Positions 19,489 to 29,963 of a DNA stretch of 64,000 bases are shown piece by piece (position 1 is the stretch's first letter; each line of letters begins with the position of its first letter). The notes under the pieces were generated by a model that was not told the DNA's origin, searched no databases, and saw only the letters and a list, made by a program, of their open reading frames with translations. Made by a program: the position numbers and the translations under genes. This DNA is from Bdellovibrio sp. (GTDB taxonomy: Bacteria > Bdellovibrionota > Bdellovibrionia > Bdellovibrionales > Bdellovibrionaceae): assembly GCA_043747435.1 (NCBI GenBank), contig JAYTPD010000021.1:75643-139642 (forward strand), given 5' to 3'.

Positions 19489-20781
19489 ATGCCAATTCAA
19501 GGTCAACTGCACTCAGCCAGCGAAGCTCATTTAAACGGTCCACTTTTTTTAAACGCGATCAAAAATTTTGATGAAGCAGCAAAAGTGATCAACTGCGATC
19601 CAAATATTGCGACTCGTTTACGTCAACCCCGTCGGTGTTTGACTGTCAGCGTTCCTGTTCGCATGGACGATCAATCCGTCAAAGTTTTTACTGGCTATCG
19701 TGTTCAGTACAATTCAACTTTAGGGCCTTACAAAGGTGGAATTCGTTATCACCACAATGTGGATTTGGCTGAAGTTGTAGGGCTTGCCGCTTTGATGACA
19801 TTTAAAAACTCAGTTTTAGGTTTACCTTTAGGTGGCGGTAAAGGTGGAGTCTGCGTTGACCCCACTCAATTATCGCGCACTGAAAAACAAAATTTAACTC
19901 GTCGTTATACATCTGAAATTGCTTCTTTCATTGGACCCACAAAAGATATTCCAGCTCCGGATGTGGGCACAGATCCACAGACGATGGCTTGGTTCATGGA
20001 CACGTATTCGCAAGAGCAAGGCGGCTATGCTCAACCTGGAGTTGTCACAGGAAAGCCCGTTGAAATCGGCGGTTCATTGGGGCGCAATCACGCCACAGGC
20101 TTGGGCGTAATTTATGTTTGCGAACGCGCTATGGAAGTCAACCATATGAAAATGTCGGGCTCAAAAATTGCGATTCAAGGATTTGGAAACGTAGGCTCGT
20201 TCGCTGCCAAATTTGCTTTCGAGCGGGGCGCACGCATCATTGCGGTCAGTGATGTAACGGGCGGAATTTTTAATGGCGACGGTCTTAATATCCCTGACGT
20301 CATCGAATATGTAAAACAAAATAAAGGTGTTAAAGGTTTTCCAAAATCTCAAGCGATCACAAATGATGAACTTCTTGAATTATCTTGTGATGCTTTACTT
20401 CCTTGTGCTTTAGAAAATCAAATTGATACACACAACGCTGAAAAAATTAAAGCTAAATTAATTGTTGAAGGCGCAAACGGTCCCATTACAAATGCGGCGA
20501 CTAAAATTTTAGATAAGCGTGGAATTTTTATTGCTCCGGATGTGATCGCAAACGGTGGAGGTGTGATTGTGTCTTACTTTGAATGGGTGCAAGACATCAT
20601 GTCATTCTTTTGGGAAGAATCTGACGTCGATGCCAAACTTAAAGGAATTATTTTAAAAGCCTTTGATAACGTTCACAAGTTCAAGGTTGAAAAAAACATC
20701 GATATGCGAACAGCCGCAATGGCGGCCGCGATTTCACGACTTGAAAAAGCCATGTTATTACGTGGATTGTATCCTCGTTAA
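19489..20781 (+). CDS. gdhA: Glutamate dehydrogenase (Glu/Leu/Phe/Val dehydrogenase family)
   Basis: KGGIRYH and GLPLGGGKGG catalytic region, with QGFGNVG dinucleotide fold. The ATG at 19489 follows AAGGAG; the longer track ORF overlaps the upstream gene start. Confidence 0.9.
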   Translation: MPIQGQLHSASEAHLNGPLFLNAIKNFDEAAKVINCDPNIATRLRQPRRCLTVSVPVRMDDQSVKVFTGYRVQYNSTLGPYKGGIRYHHNVDLAEVVGLAALMTFKNSVLGLPLGGGKGGVCVDPTQLSRTEKQNLTRRYTSEIASFIGPTKDIPAPDVGTDPQTMAWFMDTYSQEQGGYAQPGVVTGKPVEIGGSLGRNHATGLGVIYVCERAMEVNHMKMSGSKIAIQGFGNVGSFAAKFAFERGARIIAVSDVTGGIFNGDGLNIPDVIEYVKQNKGVKGFPKSQAITNDELLELSCDALLPCALENQIDTHNAEKIKAKLIVEGANGPITNAATKILDKRGIFIAPDVIANGGGVIVSYFEWVQDIMSFFWEESDVDAKLKGIILKAFDNVHKFKVEKNIDMRTAAMAAAISRLEKAMLLRGLYPR

Positions 20782-20786
20782 GTTTG

Positions 20787-21794
20787 ATGAAACCTTGGCT
20801 TTGGTTACCTGCAAAACTAGCGCATGATTTAAGTCCGCTAGCGATTGATTTTTATTCTCAGTTTTTTTCTGAAAGAACTCCGGTATGGGGTTCTTTTGTT
20901 TGGAAAGAAATCGTTTTTAAAAATCGCTTGGGACTTGCTGGAGGAGTCGATAAAAATGCCGATCATCTTAAAGCATGGCAAAAGTTAGGTTGTGGATTTG
21001 TCGAAATAGGAACTGTCACCCCTGAAGCTCAATCGCCTAATCCCGGAAAAATTTTTGATCGCAGCCTGAATGATTTGGCCCTGTGGAATAAGATGGGGTT
21101 TCCATCAGCGGGAGCTGAAGATGTCTATTACAATTTAAAAGCGTACAAAGAAAATTTTTGTCTTCCGGTATTTGTTAACATTGGTAAAAATCGCACAACA
21201 AAAAACGAAAACGCGCATTTGGATTACATTCGCTTGATCCATCATTTTCAAAATTTAGCCGATACCTTTGTGGTGAATATTAGTAGCCCAAACACGACAG
21301 GATTGCGTGATTTGACTCAACCCGAAGCTCTTCAACTTTTTTTACGACCTCTGGCCGAAGCACAAAATAATTTCGCTGAAAAAAAGCCGCTTTTGCTGAA
21401 GTTGAGCCCCGACCTTGAAAAAGATGATCTGAAGCGAGTCATCGATACAGCCATGAAATTTGAGTTCGATGGTTTTGTTTTAACGAACACCACCTTAGCC
21501 CGCACAACTCAAAAAACTTTTTCCAGCGAGGGTGGAGTCTCTGGAAAACCCTTAGCAACTCAGTCAAAACAAGCTTTGCGATCAATGATTGATCATTTGG
21601 GACAAGAAAAATCAAAAAAACTAGTCATTTCTGTCGGTGGAGTGATGACAGCCGATGATGTTTTTGAAAGAATACATATGGGTGCAGATCTTGTTGAAGT
21701 CTATACAGCTTTAATATTTTCTGGTTTAAATTTTTTCCGAAAGGTCGCCGAGAAAACTCATGAGTCAAAACAAGGATTTAAAAACCAACTCTGA
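20787..21794 (+). CDS. pyrD: Dihydroorotate dehydrogenase (quinone), class 2
   Basis: NRLGLAGGVDKN, FVEIGTVTP, NISSPNT, LLKLSPD and GGVSGKPL motifs. Confidence 0.9.
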   Translation: MKPWLWLPAKLAHDLSPLAIDFYSQFFSERTPVWGSFVWKEIVFKNRLGLAGGVDKNADHLKAWQKLGCGFVEIGTVTPEAQSPNPGKIFDRSLNDLALWNKMGFPSAGAEDVYYNLKAYKENFCLPVFVNIGKNRTTKNENAHLDYIRLIHHFQNLADTFVVNISSPNTTGLRDLTQPEALQLFLRPLAEAQNNFAEKKPLLLKLSPDLEKDDLKRVIDTAMKFEFDGFVLTNTTLARTTQKTFSSEGGVSGKPLATQSKQALRSMIDHLGQEKSKKLVISVGGVMTADDVFERIHMGADLVEVYTALIFSGLNFFRKVAEKTHESKQGFKNQL

Positions 21795-22248
21795 GACCTC
21801 AATACCCGCTTCGCAAGTTTTAACCAAACCTCGTGTAAAAAAAAATTGGATTCCGGTTTCAGCTGGTATTCTTAAAAAAGATAATAAAGTTCTGATTGGA
21901 CAACGTCCTGAAAATCACACTTTAGCAGGCCTTTGGGAATTTCCTGGCGGAAAAATTGAACTTGGAGAGTCCCCGGAACAAGCTTTAGCACGGGAACTAA
22001 ATGAAGAGCTCGGAATCGACGCTGAAGTAGGTGACCTTAAAATTGCCTGCACACATTCTTACGGCGATGTGGGCATTATTATTTTATTTTTTGAAGTTCT
22101 TTTTTGGAAGGGCGAACCCAAAACAAAACACCATATGAACCTTGAGTGGGTGACACCTGAAGATTTACCTAAAAAAAATATACCCGATGCGAATCGAAAA
22201 AATTTAGATCGCATTTTTAAAGCTTTTCAATTGAAAGTGAAGCCATGA
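21760..22248 (+). CDS. mutT: Nudix hydrolase, MutT-like 8-oxo-dGTP diphosphatase
   Basis: Nudix box GGKIELGESPEQALARELNEELGI. Confidence 0.75.
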   Translation: MSQNKDLKTNSETSIPASQVLTKPRVKKNWIPVSAGILKKDNKVLIGQRPENHTLAGLWEFPGGKIELGESPEQALARELNEELGIDAEVGDLKIACTHSYGDVGIIILFFEVLFWKGEPKTKHHMNLEWVTPEDLPKKNIPDANRKNLDRIFKAFQLKVKP

Positions 22249-23237
22249 ACCAGGTATTGGTTTATTCTCGCAAAAATAGTTTTTCTCTACAAGCTTCGCT
22301 TGAATTACTTTGTTCTGAACTGAATCAAATCGGTTTTAATGTTGAACAAACTCACTCAACTCATATTGCACGTTTGCTGCTGAACCCTTACCAGGTTGTT
22401 CACTTATTTGTCGAAAACTGGCCGCTGACGATCAGTGAACTTTTTTTGGTTTCTTTTGCTAAAGCAATCGGGCGCGCGACTGTTGTTTCTGTTTTTAATA
22501 ATCAGCTCAAATTAAATAAACCCCTTGCGCAGTTTTTTTGCCCCGACGCGATTACTGTCAGCCAAACAAATTATATGCAGTATTTTCGTGATTGGAATTG
22601 CACAAAAGCTGTATTTCCTTTATTTCCAATTTTAACAACATCTAAAAATAAATTTAAAAATGCAGAGATTCCATCTTCATTTTTAATCCCACTTGAAAAA
22701 AATCTTGAAGAAGTATTTCTGTATCCAAGTGATCACACCGTTTATTTTGATGCGCGCTCCTTAACTGAAAATCGTTCTTCTTCGGAGCTTAGAAAAACTT
22801 GGAATCAATTTCTTAAGTTAAAAAAAATTAAAGATACTCAGCATCTGATTTTGTCGGAAGAAAAACTTCAGCAACTGCTGGCCGATGAAAAAATAATGAT
22901 TGTGCTAGCCAGCCCCTTGATGAAACATATCGATTTTACAAACTGGCTGCAGCTTTCTTTGAATCAAGGACATTTAATTATTTTAAATGAGTTTCAGGCA
23001 ACAGGGTTTTCGCAATCCTGGACTTCGGGCCAAAACTGCTTAGTTGTTTCAACTCAGCAGTGGCCAAAATCTATTCAAACCCAACTGAAACAAATTAAAA
23101 AAGCAAACACAGCTTCAAATTTTAAAACTTCCGAATTAATTGAACCGCTCATTAATGAGCTATCTCGACTTTACACCAAAATTATCCACCAAAAGACTTC
23201 CCTGTTGTCGACGGACTCAGCTAAAATAAATCTATGA
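22245..23237 (+). CDS. Hypothetical protein
   Basis: Long ORF translationally coupled to its neighbours by 4-nt overlaps at both ends. No motif recognised. Confidence 0.5.
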   Translation: MNQVLVYSRKNSFSLQASLELLCSELNQIGFNVEQTHSTHIARLLLNPYQVVHLFVENWPLTISELFLVSFAKAIGRATVVSVFNNQLKLNKPLAQFFCPDAITVSQTNYMQYFRDWNCTKAVFPLFPILTTSKNKFKNAEIPSSFLIPLEKNLEEVFLYPSDHTVYFDARSLTENRSSSELRKTWNQFLKLKKIKDTQHLILSEEKLQQLLADEKIMIVLASPLMKHIDFTNWLQLSLNQGHLIILNEFQATGFSQSWTSGQNCLVVSTQQWPKSIQTQLKQIKKANTASNFKTSELIEPLINELSRLYTKIIHQKTSLLSTDSAKINL

Positions 23238-24544
23238 CACTTGCTAAAAGTAGTGAGCTTCCCGAAAAGTTACGAATCTGCTTAGTAGGACAAAAAATAT
23301 CGGTGCTGAGTCGCTCATCCGACACGGGTTTACTATGGCCTTTGGCACGAGGCCTTACTGAACGCGGCCATGACGTCACAATTATTTCGACATCAACTCC
23401 GCTCAAGCGGCCCGAAATTTTTCGTGATGGAATTCGAGCTTATTATTTAAGTGAAGGTCAGCCTCACTATAAAACTTTTAAATTTTCTGACTTAGCCCAT
23501 CGAAAATTTGTTAGTCTTCATCAAGAAAAACCTTTTCATATTGTTCATAGCCTTGATCAAAGTGGTTTTAAAATTGGACGTCATAAAAAAAATCTGGATG
23601 TTTCAATCGCCTATGATGTTGAGGCAACTCATATGGCCCAACTGTTTTCGATTCTGTCTGAAAATCAGAATAATTTTAAAAATCGAATTAAAACTTCTTT
23701 TAAGCTGGTGTTTCGATTTTTACAAAATTATTTTATGTACGATCGCTCGTTGTTGCTTTCAGCAGATGGAATCTTCGTTACAACGCCTCAGCAGCGGCTG
23801 ATTCTTGAGCGTTATTATTTGTATCCCGATTTTCACACATACACCGTTCCTTATGGGATTAATTTAGGGGATTTAACTCCGAAATCAGAATCAGAAAACT
23901 TCAAAGCCAAGCTGAACATACCCGATAACTCGTCAATTATTTTAGCGATTTCAGATTTTACCAGCACCCACGAAGTTCAACCTTTGCTGAAAGCTTTCGA
24001 AAAAGTCGTCCTAAAAAAAAGTAATACGTATTTACTGCTTTTAGGCTCGGGACCCCAGTGGAAAAATGTTGAATATGAAATGCTTAAGTTGGCGCTAGGA
24101 AGCCGCGTGATCATGCCTGGGTATGTGACGGCAGAAGAGATGTTAGATTGTATTTTATCGTCTCCGATTTATGTGGATTTAAGTTCGCGATCAACGGGGC
24201 TTGAACCCAGTTTAATAGAAGCGATGGCTCAGAAAAAAGTTGTGATTGGTTCAGAGCTCAGCCCTATTTCTGAAATTATTGAAGACGGGCTTGATGGATT
24301 TTTAGTACGGCCAGCTGATGTCGAAACTTTGTCTGCTCTTTTAGATAAGCTGATTAACACTCAAGAAATCAACAAAGAGCAAATTGGCGAGAAAGCGCGG
24401 CAAAAAGTTGTCGATGTTTTTAATCGCCAAAAGATGATTGACTCATTAGTTAATGCATACAGTCACATTTTAGTGAATTCGGGACGCTTTAAACGCCGCG
24501 CAAGTCTAAAGAGCTTCTTTTCAAAGCTTGTAACACCAGTATAA
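23234..24544 (+). CDS. Glycosyltransferase family 4 (GT-B, GT1 clan)
   Basis: C-terminal EPSLIEAMAQKKVVIGS ... DGLDGFLV matches the E-x7-E type motif. Confidence 0.8.
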   Translation: MTLAKSSELPEKLRICLVGQKISVLSRSSDTGLLWPLARGLTERGHDVTIISTSTPLKRPEIFRDGIRAYYLSEGQPHYKTFKFSDLAHRKFVSLHQEKPFHIVHSLDQSGFKIGRHKKNLDVSIAYDVEATHMAQLFSILSENQNNFKNRIKTSFKLVFRFLQNYFMYDRSLLLSADGIFVTTPQQRLILERYYLYPDFHTYTVPYGINLGDLTPKSESENFKAKLNIPDNSSIILAISDFTSTHEVQPLLKAFEKVVLKKSNTYLLLLGSGPQWKNVEYEMLKLALGSRVIMPGYVTAEEMLDCILSSPIYVDLSSRSTGLEPSLIEAMAQKKVVIGSELSPISEIIEDGLDGFLVRPADVETLSALLDKLINTQEINKEQIGEKARQKVVDVFNRQKMIDSLVNAYSHILVNSGRFKRRASLKSFFSKLVTPV

Positions 24545-24575
24545 TAAAAGTGATTTCCAACACTTAGGGGACTTC

Positions 24576-24863
24576 ATGACAAAAGCCGACTTAATCAATT
24601 TCGTCTCTGAAAAATCAAGCATTACACGCGTTAAAGCCGAAGCTGTTGTGAATACCATTTTTGATACCATGGTGGAAGCTTTGATGAAAGACGACCGCAT
24701 TGAAATTCGTGGATTTGGTTCGTTTGTGAATCGCAAATACGATTCTTACAAAGGCCGCAACCCACGCACCGGCGAAGTGATTGCGGTTGATGAAAAAAAA
24801 TTACCTTTTTTTAAAGTGGGAAAAGAACTTAAAGAAGAAATTAATACGGGGCCTAAGAAATAA
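24576..24863 (+). CDS. HU/IHF-family DNA-binding protein (IHF beta-like)
   Basis: MTKADLI ... IEIRGFGSF ... GRNPRTGE ... PFFKVGKELK. Confidence 0.85.
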   Translation: MTKADLINFVSEKSSITRVKAEAVVNTIFDTMVEALMKDDRIEIRGFGSFVNRKYDSYKGRNPRTGEVIAVDEKKLPFFKVGKELKEEINTGPKK

Positions 24864-24880
24864 TTTTTTCTAAGAAAAAT

Positions 24881-25756
24881 CTATTTTCTTAGATCTCGTC
24901 CACTTTGATTCATTTTTTTTTCGATCCAGCCGCGATATGAGTCCACTAAAACCAAGCTCGATTTATTTCTGCACAAATCACCTTGATCATCGCCGTTCGA
25001 GACATAAGAGTTAACGCCCAATATTTGCAGCTCTCCGTCGATATTGACAAGGCCTGGACCACCTGAATCGCCTGTGCAAACACCAGCTCCGTTCGACTGG
25101 TCAACAGCAATTTTTTTATCATCTTCAAGAATTTCGTACATCAAGCTTGAAACTTGAGTTTTTCTGAGCAGGCCCGCACCTTTTTTATCGTAACCAACAC
25201 TTCCGTAGCCATAAAAATAAAGAGCACTCTTGCTGATTTTTTTCGGATCAGCGATTTTATAAACAGGATAGTCAGAAGGTAAATCCTCTTTCAAAAAAAC
25301 TAAAGCCAAATCGCCTTTGAGCTTAGAGGCCTTATGAGCAACTAAGTTTTGATCAAATTCTTCATTCACAACAAAGCGCGAAACTTTAACAGTGTTCTTG
25401 CGCAAATCAAATCCGCTTTCACAAGATAAGCCCGAATATAAAGTCACAAATGAATCTTCAGCCGAATTCGTAATACAATGAGCTGCCGTCAGTAAAACAT
25501 CCGACGCAATCGCCGCCGCCGTGCAAATGTGAAGTTTTTCACCTTCAAATGCATTCAGCATCATCACATACTTCGAATCATAATCAGACTGCTGAATCCG
25601 ATTGCCACCAACGATACCATTCAACAACGATTCTTCAGTCGCACAAGTTCCATTTTCAGGATTCTTAATTTGAGCTGAGCTCGAACTACTCGAATTACAC
25701 GACGTTAAAAAGACGATCGCTGTGATAACATTTAAAAAAGATGAAACAATTTTCAT
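24881..25756 (-). CDS. Secreted trypsin-like serine protease (S1 family)
   Basis: Signal/lipobox-like LTSC, His motif LTAAHC and Ser motif GDSGGP. Confidence 0.85.
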   Translation of the reverse strand: MKIVSSFLNVITAIVFLTSCNSSSSSSAQIKNPENGTCATEESLLNGIVGGNRIQQSDYDSKYVMMLNAFEGEKLHICTAAAIASDVLLTAAHCITNSAEDSFVTLYSGLSCESGFDLRKNTVKVSRFVVNEEFDQNLVAHKASKLKGDLALVFLKEDLPSDYPVYKIADPKKISKSALYFYGYGSVGYDKKGAGLLRKTQVSSLMYEILEDDKKIAVDQSNGAGVCTGDSGGPGLVNIDGELQILGVNSYVSNGDDQGDLCRNKSSLVLVDSYRGWIEKKMNQSGRDLRK

Positions 25757-25860
25757 AAAAGAACCGCCTATTTCGATTCGTGTAATCTAACTAAAATTTT
25801 TTATTTAAGCGAGATTGAACTTAAAAAGTGAAAATAATCAGTGTCAAAGTTTTTGACAGT

Positions 25861-27063
25861 TTAGAAATGGTCCCCAAAAACTTTTTTAAGCTCTTGAATA
25901 TTGCGCACATTCATCATAGCCATAAAAAGCCTTTCAAGCCCGACCGCGATACCTGCTGATGGCGGAAGGCCGTACTCAAGCGCTTTAAAAAAACTTTCGT
26001 CTAAATTGATTTCTTTTTTACCGGCGACCTGTTTTTTTTGCAGATCTTCTTGGGCTCGAAGACGCTGCAAAGCGGGATCGTTCAGCTCGTGAAAGGCGTT
26101 TGCCAGTTCAAAACCTTTCCAATACACTTCGAATCTTTCGGCCCAGCCATCTGCACCAATGCGCGCTAATGCTGCTTGGTAAGGGGGGTATTTTTCGATA
26201 AAAACCAAACGATCTTGCGGCCATTTGTTTTCAATTTTTTCTAAAAAAATGAGATAAAAATAATCATCGACTGTCGTCGCTGATTTAACATCGACTTGAA
26301 GTTTTTCGGCTAGAGATTTTAATTCTTGTAAAGTTGTTGTTGATTTAAAATCAAAGTTGCAGTGCTGACGAAAAAGATCGGGAATTGTCAAAGTCATCAC
26401 TTCTAGGGGTCTTTCAACTTTCATTTGATCACACATTTGCTCAACCAATTCGATCATATCCATTTTAATGGCCGAAAACTGAGAAAAAGATCGGTACCAT
26501 TCAAGCATTAAAAATTCTGGATGATGCCGATCGGTTTTTTCGTCGTTACGAAAAACACTGGCGATTTCAAAAACACGCTCGGCTCCTTCGGCTAATAGTT
26601 TTTTAATGTTCAACTCTGGCGAAGTGGCTAAAAATAACTTTTTCTTTTGGCTGCCATTTTCAAAAAAGGTTTCAAAAACTTCCAGGGATGGTTCCGTGCC
26701 AGGGCAAGTGACTAAAATCGGCGTTGTCACTTCTTGAAAACGTTTTTGTTGAAAAAAACTTCTGACAAAAGTTAAAAACTCGAACCACTTTTTAAATTCG
26801 GGCCATTTGTCATCACGTGCCGGACGCAATGTTAAGTTAGGTGCTAAAATCATCAGCTCATTCGCCGGAAACAAGGCGACTAAATCGCCATCTTGTAAAA
26901 CTTCACCCGCTTTGTATTTGTGACCGTCTTTAAGATTCCATTCGGTCAAAATTTGCGTGCCCAGCCGAAGTTGTTCAACACGCCCATATCTTAAGGCTCC
27001 ACGCGGCATTTCGGGGTACTGCTTCCAATGATTTAACAAATAATCATCTCTTGTTTTGCTCAT
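25861..27063 (-). CDS. EpmA/GenX-like class II lysyl-tRNA synthetase paralogue with an N-terminal extension
   Basis: Class II core LATSPELNIKKLLAEG ... FRNDE ... HHPEFLMLEWY ... GLPPSAGIAVGLERL. At 400 aa it is longer than typical EpmA, by my recollection. Confidence 0.65.
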   Translation of the reverse strand: MSKTRDDYLLNHWKQYPEMPRGALRYGRVEQLRLGTQILTEWNLKDGHKYKAGEVLQDGDLVALFPANELMILAPNLTLRPARDDKWPEFKKWFEFLTFVRSFFQQKRFQEVTTPILVTCPGTEPSLEVFETFFENGSQKKKLFLATSPELNIKKLLAEGAERVFEIASVFRNDEKTDRHHPEFLMLEWYRSFSQFSAIKMDMIELVEQMCDQMKVERPLEVMTLTIPDLFRQHCNFDFKSTTTLQELKSLAEKLQVDVKSATTVDDYFYLIFLEKIENKWPQDRLVFIEKYPPYQAALARIGADGWAERFEVYWKGFELANAFHELNDPALQRLRAQEDLQKKQVAGKKEINLDESFFKALEYGLPPSAGIAVGLERLFMAMMNVRNIQELKKVFGDHF

Positions 27064-27092
27064 CTAAAAAAGATGTCTTATAAATATCGTCT

Positions 27093-28562
27093 ATGCAAAC
27101 TCAAAATCAAAAAACTAAAGACATGGGCGTTTCTGAATTTAAAAAATATAAGCAAGAGGCCGACTTCGTCGCTTTTAAAACAGTCACCGAAAAAACCCGC
27201 GATTTCTCGGTGCGAAATGGAAAACCCGATGACTTACGCGAATTTAATGACTCAGGTTTATTAGTTGAAATCATGATCGACGGACACATAGGCTACGGGG
27301 CCACAAGTGAAATCAGCAGTGAAGGAATCAAATCGGCGTTCGAAAAAGCACGGGACATGACGAAGGCCAATTCAAAAATTCCTGTTTACAAATTTGACGA
27401 ACGCATTCGCCCGCCCTCAAAAGGAAATTACAAAACATCCAGCTCACAAAAACTGGATCAAATTTCGATCAGCGAAATTTACGACTACTTAAAAAAAACA
27501 TCAGAAGCATTAAAAATCAGTGACAAGATTATCACCGCAACTGCGGATGCGATGATTGTCGAGTGCGAACAAAATTATATTTCATCGGCGGGTGCTGAGT
27601 TTCACCAACAATTTGATATCGTGGTCAATTCGATGGAAGCAACGGCGCGCGAAGGAAGTGAAACGCAATCGCGTTCATTGCACGGCGGCCGTGGAAACTG
27701 TTTACAAACAGGATCTGAATATTTTAAAGCCCCGGGCGCTTTACAAAAAGCTTTGAAAGATTGCGAACAAATATCGAAAGAGGCCTTAGAACTTTTAACC
27801 GCCGATAACTGCCCAAGCGAAACTTGCGATTTAATTTTAGCTCCCGATCAAATGCTTTTGCAAATTCATGAATCGATTGGTCACCCGCTTGAGTTGGATC
27901 GAATTTTAGGAGACGAAAGAAATTTTGCGGGCTGGAGTTTTGTTCAACCCGAAGATTTTGGGAAATTAAAATACGGTAGTTCATTGATGAATGTGGTTTT
28001 TGATCCGACGGTCGCAAACGAATTAGCCAGTTACAAATTTGATGAAGCCGGAAATCCTTCTGAGCGAAAATATTTAATTAAAGACGGCCTTCTTCAAGCT
28101 GGTTTGGGTAGCTTAGAAAGCCAAATGCGTTCCCAAATTTCAGGTGTGGCTAATTCAAGATCAAGCTCATGGAATCGTGCGCCGATTGACCGAATGGCTA
28201 ACATTAACTTGGAAGGTGGAGACCTCACTTTAGAAGAAATGATTGCAAAAGTTGAACGTGGCGTGATCATGTTTGCAAATCGTTCTTGGTCCATCGATGA
28301 CTATCGCAGAAAATTTCAATTTGGCTGCGAGTACGCGCGCTTGATTGAAAATGGAAAGCTCACAAAAATTTTAAAAAATCCAAATTATCGCGGTGTCACT
28401 GTGCCGTTCTGGAATGCGCTAACAGGTTTAACAAAACCCGATACTATTGAAGCTTATGGTTCGCCTTACTGCGGTAAAGGCGAACCCAGTCAAATTATTC
28501 GCGTGGGACACTCTTCGCCTTACGCTTTGTTTAAAAATATTGAAGTTTTTGGTGGAGGCTAA
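27093..28562 (+). CDS. tldD: TldD-family metalloprotease
   Basis: HESIGHPLELD motif and a C-terminal GGG end typical of TldD. Confidence 0.85.
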   Translation: MQTQNQKTKDMGVSEFKKYKQEADFVAFKTVTEKTRDFSVRNGKPDDLREFNDSGLLVEIMIDGHIGYGATSEISSEGIKSAFEKARDMTKANSKIPVYKFDERIRPPSKGNYKTSSSQKLDQISISEIYDYLKKTSEALKISDKIITATADAMIVECEQNYISSAGAEFHQQFDIVVNSMEATAREGSETQSRSLHGGRGNCLQTGSEYFKAPGALQKALKDCEQISKEALELLTADNCPSETCDLILAPDQMLLQIHESIGHPLELDRILGDERNFAGWSFVQPEDFGKLKYGSSLMNVVFDPTVANELASYKFDEAGNPSERKYLIKDGLLQAGLGSLESQMRSQISGVANSRSSSWNRAPIDRMANINLEGGDLTLEEMIAKVERGVIMFANRSWSIDDYRRKFQFGCEYARLIENGKLTKILKNPNYRGVTVPFWNALTGLTKPDTIEAYGSPYCGKGEPSQIIRVGHSSPYALFKNIEVFGGG

Positions 28563-28563
28563 A

Positions 28564-29895
28564 ATGAGTTCAGATTTAAAAAATTATCTTCAACAGTTTT
28601 CTGAACGAATTTTTAACGAACTTAAATCGAACGAAGATTTATCCTTGAACTTACATTCTGAAGAAAGTGAATTTGTTCGTTTTAATCATTCGAAAGTACG
28701 GCAGAATACAACTTTAAATCAGCACGAGCTGACTTTTGTTTATCAATGCGATCAACGTCAGTATCGTTTTACAACTTCATTAAGCCTAGTTCTTGAAAAT
28801 GATCTGAAACTTGCCGCAATTAAACTTCAAGAAATACGTGAGCAGCTGCCAAAAACCGACGTGAATCCAAAATTTACTCAAATGGAAAATCATGGAGTCT
28901 CTGCCGTTTACAAAAAAAGTGAAAGACCCAACACCACCCAAATTACGGAACTTGTTCATGAAGCTTTTTCAGATTCAGACTTAGCCGGTTTGTGGTGCTC
29001 GGGGCCCCTTCGACAAGCGTCGCTGAATTCAAAAGGACAATTTCATTTTTTTGAAAACGATTCGTTTTTTTTAGACTATTCACTTTATAACGGACCCCGT
29101 GCGGCATCAGGGTTTTTTTCAGACGCAAAATGGAATGAAAAAACTTTTTTAAATAAAGCTCAACAGACTAAAAATACTTTATCGCTTTTATCGAAGCCTG
29201 AAGTCAAAGTTAAACCGGGCGCTTATCGCACTTACTTAGAACCCATGGCTGTCTCGGAATTGATGGGGATGTTTTACTGGCGCTCTTTAAGCCGAAGTCA
29301 ATATGAACAGGGTTATGCTCCCCTCAAAAAATTGAACGAAAAAGAAAAACTTTTTTCAAAAGAATTTACTTTGCTGGATAATAATTTATTAGGACTTGAT
29401 TCGCATTTTAATTCGTTGGGTGAAAAAGTTCCTGATCAAATTAACGTGATTGAAAACGGAGAACTTAAAAATTTCTTAATCAGCACAGCAACAGCAAAAG
29501 AATATAATTTGGTTTCAAACCAAGCCGAGCCCCATGAAATGTTACGTTCTCCCGAAATTAGAGCTGGAACTCTAGACGAAAAATCTATTTTGAAAACTTT
29601 AGATCAGGGTTTGTACCTATCAAACTTACACTATATCAACTGGAGCGATCCACAAACCGCGCGTATCACGGGGATGACTCGATTTGCTTGTTTCTGGGTT
29701 GAAAAAGGTGAAATCGTGGGTCCTATTCAAGACTTACGCTTTGACGATACCCTTTACAATATTTGGGGTGACAAGCTTCTGGGACTGACTCAGACGCAAG
29801 AAACTTTTGTGAACACTTCAACTTATCAAAAACGTGACAAAGGTGGAATGAAAGTACCTGGGGCTTTACTGTCGGAATTTAATTTTACATTGTGA
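28564..29895 (+). CDS. pmbA: PmbA/TldE-family protein
   Basis: ATG at 28564, 1 nt after the tldD stop. Family-typical C-terminal block (LYLSNLHYINWSD ... TGMTRF) and adjacency to tldD. Confidence 0.75.
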   Translation: MSSDLKNYLQQFSERIFNELKSNEDLSLNLHSEESEFVRFNHSKVRQNTTLNQHELTFVYQCDQRQYRFTTSLSLVLENDLKLAAIKLQEIREQLPKTDVNPKFTQMENHGVSAVYKKSERPNTTQITELVHEAFSDSDLAGLWCSGPLRQASLNSKGQFHFFENDSFFLDYSLYNGPRAASGFFSDAKWNEKTFLNKAQQTKNTLSLLSKPEVKVKPGAYRTYLEPMAVSELMGMFYWRSLSRSQYEQGYAPLKKLNEKEKLFSKEFTLLDNNLLGLDSHFNSLGEKVPDQINVIENGELKNFLISTATAKEYNLVSNQAEPHEMLRSPEIRAGTLDEKSILKTLDQGLYLSNLHYINWSDPQTARITGMTRFACFWVEKGEIVGPIQDLRFDDTLYNIWGDKLLGLTQTQETFVNTSTYQKRDKGGMKVPGALLSEFNFTL

Positions 29896-29963
29896 TTTTT
29901 TAAAATCAGATATAAAGTGACCCGCGTTTAACAATTGAATCTAAATCTTTAAAGGAGTTCCCA

